Part shown: positions 49,172 to 57,956 of the stretch, one piece after another
How the letters are laid out: each line of letters starts with the position of its first letter
How positions within the stretch are numbered: the first letter of the stretch is position 1
Assembly (NCBI GenBank): GCA_963746255.1
Contig: CAVVAJ010000006.1
Span: 7,922 to 71,921 of the forward strand
Length of the DNA: 64,000 bases
Origin: an uncultured Chloroflexia bacterium
GTDB taxonomy: Bacteria > Chloroflexota > Anaerolineae > Anaerolineales > UBA4823
Direction of reading: 5' to 3'
Translations under genes and position numbers: made by a program
Notes under the pieces: model-generated
Databases searched by the model: none
Seen by the model: the letters and a program-made list of their open reading frames with translations, nothing else
Told to the model about the DNA's origin: nothing

Positions 49172-50440
49172 ATGACTTCTGATCTACACCAACGCTTGAA
49201 AATCCCTTACGACCGTCTAGATGACATTAACACAATCCTACTCGATCAAGATTTGCGAGTGATAACTGATTTCTTCGATGTGGTCGCCCGATATGGATCG
49301 CCTGAAGATATTAATCGTCAAGCTCAAGCAGCACGTCACCTACCAACTTTATTAAGTAAGATAGAAGCAGCTACACCGGAGTATTACCAAGACCTGCAGT
49401 GGCTCATCGCCAAGCGCGACGCTAAGGAATTTATCAGCGAGACAGATTACCGCAAAAAAGTACTCGGAAATAAATTCAATCAGACATCGTTTAGAGATGA
49501 ATTCGCAGTAACACTTGAAATTAGCGCCGCCCAATACTTTCCATGGATAAGGGCAGCTGCTGAACGTGCGATTGATCGAGGTGAGCTGATGCCTGGCCGG
49601 TTCATCCGAGTACGCAAGATGAAGGAGCAAGAAGCCGATGGCGACTTGACTGCCTTTGCAGCTGCAATGCAGATTATCGGCGCCAGTTACGTAGAAACCC
49701 TGGATACGAAAGGCACGGATGGCTCAAATGTCCACCTGGGTGGTCCTGACACCATAACAGGTTATTTCGGTGGTATCGGACAACCCAATCAGCATGCATT
49801 GAAATGGCTGGATGAGTTCTTGTATTATTACACCAAGTACGGTGTGCAGCAGGTACTGAATATAAACCCAGGAACCGTCCTGCTGGGGTATTTTCTGTAC
49901 CGGATTGGTGTGGACATCCAGTTCAAGATATCTGTATTCATGGGAAATGACAACCCGTATGCCGGTTTTTGGACCCTGCTGGGGGCTAAACTGTTCGCCC
50001 GCGATGATGGGAGCTCTCCCTTGATAGGTTTCAATTGGTCTAATTCGGTGGACAATGAAACCATGGAGATCACAGCCCAATTCCGTGAACCACTGGGTTT
50101 TGAAGATGTCGTGCGTTTTGAGCATCACATTACTGAAACCTATAAAAGCATCGTTCGCCAACCATACAACCGCCGTGACGAATTAGTCACTATTGCAGGA
50201 GATGTAGCAAACATATCGGCTAAACATGAAGGCGGTGACCCAGATATTGACAGCCAACGCAGTCACCCATCAGACATTTTAGATTATTTCAGGGACAAGG
50301 AAGAGATAATCGAAGCAGGCGATTGGGATAATTTGCTGCAGAATTTCATGGATAAATTCGATGCAACCAATCGGACTGCACAAGCTTTGACCGAGAACGG
50401 GCTGTCGTTTATTGCCGCGAATAAATTACATCATGTATAG
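49172..50440 (+). CDS. Conserved-looking hypothetical protein, family not recognised
   Basis: A 422-aa ORF with clean coding character. No motif known to me. Confidence 0.5.
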   Translation: MTSDLHQRLKIPYDRLDDINTILLDQDLRVITDFFDVVARYGSPEDINRQAQAARHLPTLLSKIEAATPEYYQDLQWLIAKRDAKEFISETDYRKKVLGNKFNQTSFRDEFAVTLEISAAQYFPWIRAAAERAIDRGELMPGRFIRVRKMKEQEADGDLTAFAAAMQIIGASYVETLDTKGTDGSNVHLGGPDTITGYFGGIGQPNQHALKWLDEFLYYYTKYGVQQVLNINPGTVLLGYFLYRIGVDIQFKISVFMGNDNPYAGFWTLLGAKLFARDDGSSPLIGFNWSNSVDNETMEITAQFREPLGFEDVVRFEHHITETYKSIVRQPYNRRDELVTIAGDVANISAKHEGGDPDIDSQRSHPSDILDYFRDKEEIIEAGDWDNLLQNFMDKFDATNRTAQALTENGLSFIAANKLHHV

Positions 50441-50634
50441 AGAGTTTCTGTATATTATCCGCTATCTGTCTTTGAAAAAACAGACATTATGAGATATTTA
50501 GTGCATTGTAAAGGTGGAAAGTTTCATTCGATGTCCGAGTTTATACGCCTTTGATAATGCTTAAAGCGTTCTATCTACGCATGATACTTTCTAAACAATC
50601 AAATTTGACAGAAATCTAGTTAAGGATACATTCT

Positions 50635-52509
50635 ATGATTCCACGCGTAATGGAAGATTTTCTAAAAGCCAGATTGCCCGAACGAACACTTCACAACCGA
50701 TTAATTTGTGAAGAAGATCGATGCTATCTCGAATTTGGTCCGTTAGATGTCGACCGGCTTTCTCGTTTAGACATCGCGGTCGATAACCTTGGTCCAAGAC
50801 TCGTAGTATGTATGTGGGACGAGAGTTCTCCACTTGAAATTGGTGGTTTCTTAGTTGTTGATAACCTCGCCATGGGTAGACCTTCTATGGGTGGTATCCG
50901 CATGCTGCCAGATGTAACACCAGCGGCGATTCACAATCTGGCGCGCGGTATGACCTTAAAGAACGCCGCTGCCAATTTACCCTATGGCGGTGGCAAATCC
51001 GGAATAGTTGCCGACCCTGCAGTAGCCGCCGAACAGCACCGCACGATTGTCGAAGGATTCGCCCGGTTGATATACCGCTATAAGGATATTTATCTGCCTG
51101 GCCCCGATGTCGGCACAAACGATGCTGATATGAAAACAATCGCGATTCAAAATGGTATCGACCATGCGTTGTCTAAACCGGTTGAAATGGGTGGCAACCG
51201 TATTGACCAACTAGGTGCCGCGGCAGGTGGCTGCGTTATCGCTTTACAAACGCTGTTGGATGAAATACCGCGCTTGAGGGTTCTCCCTCAATTCCAACCC
51301 CTTGATATCCCCCAAATTGAAGATGTCTCAATATTAATCCAGGGTTTTGGCGCCGTCGGTGCACATGCTGCACGTCTTCTTATGGAACGGATTCCAGGTT
51401 GTTTGGTCACGGGGATCAGCGATGCCCTTGGCTATCTATACGACCCAGCAGGACTTCCAACCCAGGAGCTTTTTGATCTATGGGAATCGCATGGCTTAGT
51501 TACACGCCCGTATGCACAAGCGAACTTCTTGTCCCTTGAGAACGCTGCACCGTCAGTGAAGTACTCAACAGATCCCGATGATCTGCTGCGCGAGTCAGGA
51601 TTTTGCCTGATGCCAGCCGCACCAATAGCCAATTATCTCGATACCGACCCTTCCACGAAACCTTCGATGACCGTTGCCAAAATGGGTAAGTGGTCAGTCA
51701 TCATAGAAGGTGCGAATACCTATTCTCCCGACCCAGCGCGCAAAGCCGCGCGTGCCCGAATGGAAAGGGCTGTTTACCGGGAAAATGGTGTATTGATTGC
51801 TACGGATTATCTAGTCAACTCCGGAGGAGTAATTTTTGCCGCCCAAGAACACCTGATCAAGACACCAGTTGAACTCCGGATTCCTAAGCACATGCTAGGT
51901 GATCGCCAAGCTGTGGATCGCTGGTTAGGTGAAAACGCTTCCGGTTTCGATCAGTTGGCTGAACAGCGCCGAGCCGCAGCAGAGAACTACCGTGATGATG
52001 TAATCCGTCGCAACATGCGCGAATTGGTAGACCTTCTGATAACTGATGCCGATATGCTACCATATGAAGCCGCTGAGAGGATCAGCATTCAGCGGATCGC
52101 CTCAAGTGAATCGGATCGAACAGCCCGCGAGTTGATGGTTCCCATCCCCACAATCACTTCCACCAACACTGCCCAGGATGCTGCTAAATTACTGATTGAT
52201 TCCGGCAGCCCTATCTTAGCTGTCACAGCGACATCTGGAGAATTAGTTGGTGTTGTTACAAGTTGGGACATCACGCGTGCAACAGCGCTCGGCTCCCCAG
52301 ATGACACACCTTTAGAGAAAGTGATGACTCATGAAGTGATTACATCGGCACCTCATGACAGCATCTTGGACATGCTTCGTAAATTAGAGCACCACGAGAT
52401 ATCGGCAATGCCAGTGGTTGACGATGACTGTGTTGTAGGTGTCGTAAGTGCAGATTTATTGGCTACCCGGTCATTGATGCGTCTTGTCCAATCTCAGCTA
52501 CCCACATAA
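50635..52509 (+). CDS. Glu/Leu/Phe/Val dehydrogenase family protein with C-terminal CBS-domain pair
   Basis: ..GGIRM.......NLARGMTLKNAAANLPYGGGKSGI.. contains the catalytic Lys region. A Rossmann motif QGFGAVG follows. The last ~130 aa have CBS character (..SPILAVT..GELVGVVTSWDI.. / ..ISAMPVVDDDCVVGVVSADL..). Confidence 0.8.
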   Translation: MIPRVMEDFLKARLPERTLHNRLICEEDRCYLEFGPLDVDRLSRLDIAVDNLGPRLVVCMWDESSPLEIGGFLVVDNLAMGRPSMGGIRMLPDVTPAAIHNLARGMTLKNAAANLPYGGGKSGIVADPAVAAEQHRTIVEGFARLIYRYKDIYLPGPDVGTNDADMKTIAIQNGIDHALSKPVEMGGNRIDQLGAAAGGCVIALQTLLDEIPRLRVLPQFQPLDIPQIEDVSILIQGFGAVGAHAARLLMERIPGCLVTGISDALGYLYDPAGLPTQELFDLWESHGLVTRPYAQANFLSLENAAPSVKYSTDPDDLLRESGFCLMPAAPIANYLDTDPSTKPSMTVAKMGKWSVIIEGANTYSPDPARKAARARMERAVYRENGVLIATDYLVNSGGVIFAAQEHLIKTPVELRIPKHMLGDRQAVDRWLGENASGFDQLAEQRRAAAENYRDDVIRRNMRELVDLLITDADMLPYEAAERISIQRIASSESDRTARELMVPIPTITSTNTAQDAAKLLIDSGSPILAVTATSGELVGVVTSWDITRATALGSPDDTPLEKVMTHEVITSAPHDSILDMLRKLEHHEISAMPVVDDDCVVGVVSADLLATRSLMRLVQSQLPT

Positions 52510-52587
52510 CAAAATAATAGGGAATGTGATGTTAATAACCGCATTCCCTATCAGGTCACTTAAATACGATCTGAGTGTCAGTGCAAG

Positions 52588-53374
52588 CTATATGATCGCT
52601 GCCAGCATTTTTACAACTGCCTGGTAGACCGGTGATTCATCCCCTAATTCGATCAGCGGTTTCCCGCTGGCGTCAAACTCTGTTAATTCCAGATTTGCTG
52701 GTACAACACCCAGCAGGGGCACATCCAATCGGTCAATTTTCTCTTGTAAGATATCGGGGATGGTACCATTTAAGCGATTCAGTATCAAATAGGAATTTTC
52801 AATATTGATATCTAGTTCTTTTCTGAATTCCGCTATCCGCTCCGCCGCTACAATTTCCTCGCTGCGAAGGATCACTCACAATAAGCAAATGCTCGACATC
52901 ACGGGTCGTCCGCCGGCTTAGATGCTCCATACCAGCCTCGTTGTCAATAATTATAAAAGCGTAATTCTTGCTAATGCTGTCCACTACTTCACGTAAATTG
53001 TGGTTGACAGCACAGTAGCAGCCCTGCCCTTCGGGTTGACCCATTGCGATGAGATCAAAATCGTCTCCTTCAGAAAGCGCTGCGCGCACCTGGTAATCTA
53101 AATATTCCCGTTTGCTGATCCCCCCCGGAAGGGCGCCCATCGTCGCGCCACCTGCAGTCAGAGATTCTTTCACTTGAGCTAACATATCTTCACGGATATC
53201 TCCGATTGTCCAGTCCATTTCTAATCCCAGGACCATATTTAGATTCGCGCTAGGATCCGCATCAATAGCTAATACCGCACCCTTTTGGTTATCAACTAAG
53301 TACTTAATCACCATTCCAGCAATCGTAGTTTTACCTACACCACCCTTTCCCGCCAATGCAATTGTCGTTGACAT
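52588..53374 (-). CDS. CooC-type (MinD/ParA superfamily) nickel-insertion ATPase, apparent 1-nt frameshift
   Basis: GKGGVGKTT P-loop and a CxC motif (GQGCYC). The N-terminal ORF 52799-53374 and the C-terminal ORF 52588-52875 join as ..SDPSQRGIVAAERIAEF.. if one A of the AAA run (plus-strand TTT at 52854-52856) is removed. Confidence 0.7.
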
Positions 53375-53389
53375 TATCTTACACCTTCC

Positions 53390-54169
53390 TCAAGAAGCAA
53401 TCTTTTGATTGAGATTGCTAACAATTTTTTCTGCTGCGATCTTCAATTCCGGGGCATGGTCATAGACTGGGATACCCAATCGATCTGCTTCCTGGACTTT
53501 CATATCTGCGGGAAGTGTTCCAATAACCTCTAATCCAGGCGATACCTGAGTTAGAAAATCGACCTCTTCCGCATTACGCACCTTGTTACCGACCAGCCAC
53601 AAATTCGTTAGCCCGATATCCATTGCCAATTTCTTTATCTGAGCAGCAGTACCGATGGAACGTTTAGTCGGTTCTACTACCACTAACATGGCGTCGACGA
53701 AATCAACAGTCGCGCGTCCCAAATGTTCAACCCCTGCGTACATATCCAAGATCAAGACATCGTCCTTGCGAAAGAGCAGATGCGTGAAGAGAGTTTTCAG
53801 CATAGCACTTTCCGGACAGATGCATCCTGAACCACCCAGGTCAACAGCACCCATTTCTAGTAAACGTACATTGTTATGTATCACGCTGAACCGCTCAGGA
53901 ATATCGTCCACTCGGGGATTAATCGTAAAGAAACCACCGGTTGTCCCAGGTTTAGCACCCGTACGTTCGTAAATTAGGTCATCCATTTCTGAGATTGGAT
54001 GCAAATTCTCTTGCAGTTCCGGTGGAAACCCGAGCGCTCCTGCAAGACAAGGCGAAGGATCAGCATCGACTGCGAGAACTTCCCGGCCTGCATCTGCATA
54101 TACTTGAGCAATTAACGCGGCTAAAGTGGTTTTCCCAACGCCGCCTTTTCCAGTTATTGCTAGTTTCAT
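53390..54169 (-). CDS. CooC-type nickel-insertion ATPase
   Basis: MKLAITGKGGVGKTT and the CxC motif GSGCICPES. 259 aa. Confidence 0.8.
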   Translation of the reverse strand: MKLAITGKGGVGKTTLAALIAQVYADAGREVLAVDADPSPCLAGALGFPPELQENLHPISEMDDLIYERTGAKPGTTGGFFTINPRVDDIPERFSVIHNNVRLLEMGAVDLGGSGCICPESAMLKTLFTHLLFRKDDVLILDMYAGVEHLGRATVDFVDAMLVVVEPTKRSIGTAAQIKKLAMDIGLTNLWLVGNKVRNAEEVDFLTQVSPGLEVIGTLPADMKVQEADRLGIPVYDHAPELKIAAEKIVSNLNQKIAS

Positions 54170-54187
54170 CGGCTTAGATCTTTTTTA

Positions 54188-55569
54188 TCATCCTTTCTTT
54201 TGGATTAATCTCGGACCATCGGGTCGATCCTCGACTTCATATCCGAAGTCATTCAATTGGCCGCGTAGTTCATCCGCTAGCGCCCAATCTTTACTCGCTC
54301 TTGCCGCTTGACGCTTTTCAATCAAGGTCTGGACCTCAGCAGGGATATCAGTAGATTTGGGAGCCCATTCCTTTAGCTGCAACCCCAATACTCGGTCGAA
54401 TATTAAAATCGTGGCTTTTTTTGTCGCATCCGGCAAGTCGCTTCGTACCAAATCCCATGCGACTGCAATCGCGCGCGGCATGTTTAAGTCCTCATTGATC
54501 TGTGCGACAAATTTATCCATGAAATCTTCATCGACATTTCCAGGAGTACCCCAACTATAAACCGATTGCCGCAGTCGTTCCAAAGAAGTCGTCGCGCTGT
54601 CTAAACCCTCCCAGGTAAAGGTCAGTTTCGAACGGTAATTGGCATTTAGACAGAAATAACGATATGCTAAAGGGTCATAGCCATTTTCAACCAGCGTATC
54701 AAGCCTGAGAAACTCTCCCGAGGATTTCGACATCCTTTCAGTATCCAACTGCAGGAAATATCCATGCATCCAGAAGTTAGCAAGCCTTGTCCCATAGCAA
54801 GCTTCGGTTTGGGCGATTTCGTTGGTGTGATGGACATTGATATGGTCCTCTCCGCCGCAGTGGATATCGAAAAACTCGCCCAAATACTTCGCGGACATTG
54901 CTGAGCATTCGATGTGCCAGCCAGGGAAGCCGACCCCCCATGGGCTATCCCACTCCATCTGACGCTGTTTATCTTTCGGGCTGAACTTCCACAAAGCAAA
55001 ATCGGTCACGTTCATTTTCTCGCCCATGTCGATCCGTGACCCAGCTTGCAACCCATCTATATCCAGCCGGCCAAGGGTGCCATAATCAGAAAGCTTTGAA
55101 GTATTAAAATAAATCCCATCGGAAGTCTGCGTAGGTATATCCTTTCTTCTCAATGCATCTCACAAAGTCAATTTGCTCTTGGATATGGTCAGTAGCCCGG
55201 CACCAGATGGTTGGATCTATGATGTTCAGGTCGCTCTAGATCATTTCTAAATGCCTGGGTATACTGTTCTGCGATTTCCTGGGCGGTTTTTCCAGTCCGC
55301 CGAGAGCCTTTCTCCATCTTATCTTCGCCAGTATCTGAATCCGAAACAAGATGCCCAACATCGGTGATATTCATCACATGGTTCACGATGTAGCCATTAA
55401 ATTCCAGCACCCGTCGTAAAAAATCTTCGAATATATACGTCCGCAGGTTGCCAATATGGGCGAAATCATAGACAGTTGGACCACAGGTATATAAACCTAC
55501 CCTGCCAGGTGCGAGCGGTTCGAATTCTCGCAATTTTCGCTCATATGTATCATATAGCTTCAAGATCAT
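54188..55569 (-). CDS. cysS: Cysteine--tRNA ligase, interrupted by two apparent +1 frameshifts
   Basis: The N-terminal ORF carries the HIGH-type motif (..[17 protein letters not shown]..). The middle piece [33 protein letters not shown] is readable only in a second frame (about 55131-55229). The C-terminal ORF carries ..WHIECSAM.. and a KMSKS motif (RMSKSSG). The total of 1382 nt equals 460 codons plus 2 extra nt. Confidence 0.85.
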
Positions 55570-55622
55570 GTTCTCTTCCTACCATCGTTGTTAACGCAGC
55601 CCTTCTTTAGCAAATCCACCGT

Positions 55623-55650
55623 ATTATACCTGCTCTCGCTCCACTCACAA
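55623..55650 (-). promoter_or_regulatory. Candidate sigma70-type promoter for cysS
   Basis: On the minus strand: TTGTGA, 16 nt, TATAAT, about 55 nt upstream of the cysS ATG. Confidence 0.3.
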
Positions 55651-55730
55651 CAAGATCCCGCAATAGATGCGTTCCGATTCATCAATAAGCTTTTCCCGGG
55701 AAATCGAGACAAACAATAATGAAAACTAAT

Positions 55731-55761
55731 TTGTGCTTTTTTTCACAATATATGTTATAAT
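55731..55761 (+). promoter_or_regulatory. Candidate extended -10 promoter for the hdr cluster
   Basis: TGTTATAAT (TG at 55753-55754, TATAAT at 55756-55761) with a weak -35 TTGTGC 19 nt upstream. The leader would be about 170 nt. Confidence 0.3.
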
Positions 55762-55934
55762 GTGCGAAATAGCTTTGGAAGTAGGCAAGCGTACAGTCAC
55801 TGTTTCAGCCTGACTCGAAATTAAGGATCCGAGGATCCATCATATTCATTGGCTTGCCGCCACCACCCACGGCAAACAATACACCACTCAATTCAAGTCA
55901 TGGCTAGCATAGCATGCGAGAGGAGGTAAGCCGG

Positions 55935-57956
55935 ATGAGCCAAAATCCCAACGATAGTACTCCCATGCCGAATACGGTTCATTCTAGTAGGTCTAGCCCT
56001 AATATTGGCGTATATATCTGTCACTGCGGGACGAATATCGCAGGAGTTGTGGATGTTGAAGCGGTATCGGATTTCGCCTCACAACTTGAAGGGGTAAAAA
56101 TTTCCCGTACATATCCTTATATGTGCTCGGACCCCGGACAAGAGTTGATCAAAGATGATGTCATCAACCAAAACTTAGACCGGGTCGTTGTCGCCTCGTG
56201 TTCACCATTGATGCATGAGACAACTTTTCGAGCCGCCTGCGGCGAAGCTGGATTAAATCCTTTCCTTTTCCAGATGACCAATATCCGCGAGCACTGTTCA
56301 TGGGTAACCGACGATCGAGCTAGTGCAACGCAAAAGGCAAAATCTCTGGTTTCAGCTGCGATACACCGCGTGGCTCATCATCTACCATTGAACACCCGCC
56401 AGGTAGATGTGGGACAATCCGTACTTATAGTGGGCGGTGGCATTGCTGGAATTGAGGCTGCTCTGCGTTTAGCCGATTCCGGCAAGCATGTCTACTTGGT
56501 TGAGCGACAGCCTAGTATCGGTGGGCACATGGCCCAGCTGTATAAAACATTCCCCACCCTAGATTGTGCAGCTTGAATACTCACCCCGAAAATGGTGTCC
56601 GTCGGACGCCACGAAAACATCACTCTGCTGAGCTACAGTGAGGTTGAATCTGTCCAGGGTTATGTCGGCAATTTCACTGTCACTATCAGGAAAAATCCTA
56701 GGTACATAAACGAAGATTTGTGTACTGGCTGCGGTACGTGCGTAGAGAAATGTCCTTGGAAAAAAATACCTTCAGAGTTTGATCTGGGTAAGGGGAATCG
56801 ACCAGCCATATATTTTTCTTTTGCCCAAGCCGTTCCCCGTATTCCCGTCATCGATGTAAAAAACTGTGCATATTTCCGGAATGGTAAATGCCGGGCGTGT
56901 GAGAAATTCTGCCAAACTGGAGCAATTGACTTCCAACAACAAGCAGAGGTGGTCGAATTCAACATTGGCACGATCATCTTAGCAACGGGATTCAAAGATT
57001 TCGATCCGGGTAAAGCACCGCAGTATGGATATCCAGTACTGGATGATGTCCTCACCGGGATGGAATTTGAACGTATCGTTAACACAGGTGGTCCAACAGT
57101 TGGAGAAATCCGCACCGTAGATGGCCGAAAACCAGAACGGATTGCGATCCTGCATTGTGTTGGCTCACGCGATAAGGATCTTCACGAGTACTGCTCCCGC
57201 GTATGTTGTATGTACTCCTTGAAATTAGCGAAACTTATCCGGGATTATAGTGACGCGGATGTTGTCGAGTTCTATCGTGATATGCGTACATTTGGGAAAG
57301 GGTATGAGGTTTTTTATAAACACGTTCAGGAACAAGGGGTTGAATTCGTTCGCTTTGAGAAAGCTATCGCCGTCAGCCGCCATAATGGCCGGCTGCAAGT
57401 TTCAACAAAGGATATATACAGCGGCGAAGAACTACATACTCTTGTCGATATGGTTGTGCTCAGCACTGGATTTGAGCCCCAAGATGATCAATTAAAGACA
57501 GCCAAGAAGTTCGGCGTCAGCCTCAGCCCCGATGGGTTCTTCATGGAGAAACACCCTAAGTTAGCTCCTGTAGAAACCGCAACGGACGGTGTCTACTTAG
57601 CCGGTGCTTGCCAAAGTCCTAAAGATATTCCGGATAGTGTTGCACACGGTAGTGCAGCTGCGGCAGCAGCACTTTCATTGATGGATGCAGGACATGTAGA
57701 ACTAGAACCTTTTACTACGTATGTAATACCTGAAAAGTGTGGCAGCTGCCACACTTGTGAAGGCCTCTGCCCCTATGGAGCCATACAGATGGTGCCTTTC
57801 GAGGATCGGCTTGTAGCGTCAATCAACGAAGTTCTCTGCAAGGGTTGTGGGGCTTGTGCTGCAGCTTGCCCTTCTAGTGCAGTAGTGCAGCATGGTTTTA
57901 CTGATGCTCAAGTCCTAGCAGAGATTGAAGGCGCCTTATTGGAGAGATTGCAATGA
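55935..57956 (+). CDS. hdrA: Heterodisulfide reductase subunit A (HdrA)-like flavoprotein, predicted selenoprotein (TGA 56574-56576 = Sec)
   Basis: An RBS GAGGAGG precedes ATG 55935. Motifs: VYICHCGTNIAG, FAD motif VGGGIAGIEAAL, ferredoxin inserts CTGCGTCVEKCP and CGSCHTCEGLCP..CKGCGACAAACP. ORFs 55914-56576 and 56592-57956 are in the same frame and read ..FPTLDCAA-U-ILTPKMVSVGRH.. across the TGA. Confidence 0.85.

Noticed and set aside
55497-55525. GGTTCGAATTC, a tRNA T-loop-like string.
   Set aside because: It lies inside the cysS coding sequence. The flanks do not form a T-stem, acceptor or anticodon arms. No tRNA, including tRNA-Sec, was found anywhere in the window.
55570-55760. A possible T-box leader upstream of cysS (minus strand).
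   Set aside because: The candidate promoter leaves only a ~55-nt leader. I see no specifier loop or T-box (..GGTGGTACCGCG-like) sequence.
56574-56591. The TGA codons at 56574 and 58544 read as genuine stops that split each HdrA into two genes.
   Set aside because: The downstream ORFs are in the same frame. The five intervening codons are conserved with only synonymous changes between the paralogues. No RBS or spacer exists, and the TGA aligns with a conserved Cys. Selenocysteine read-through explains this better.
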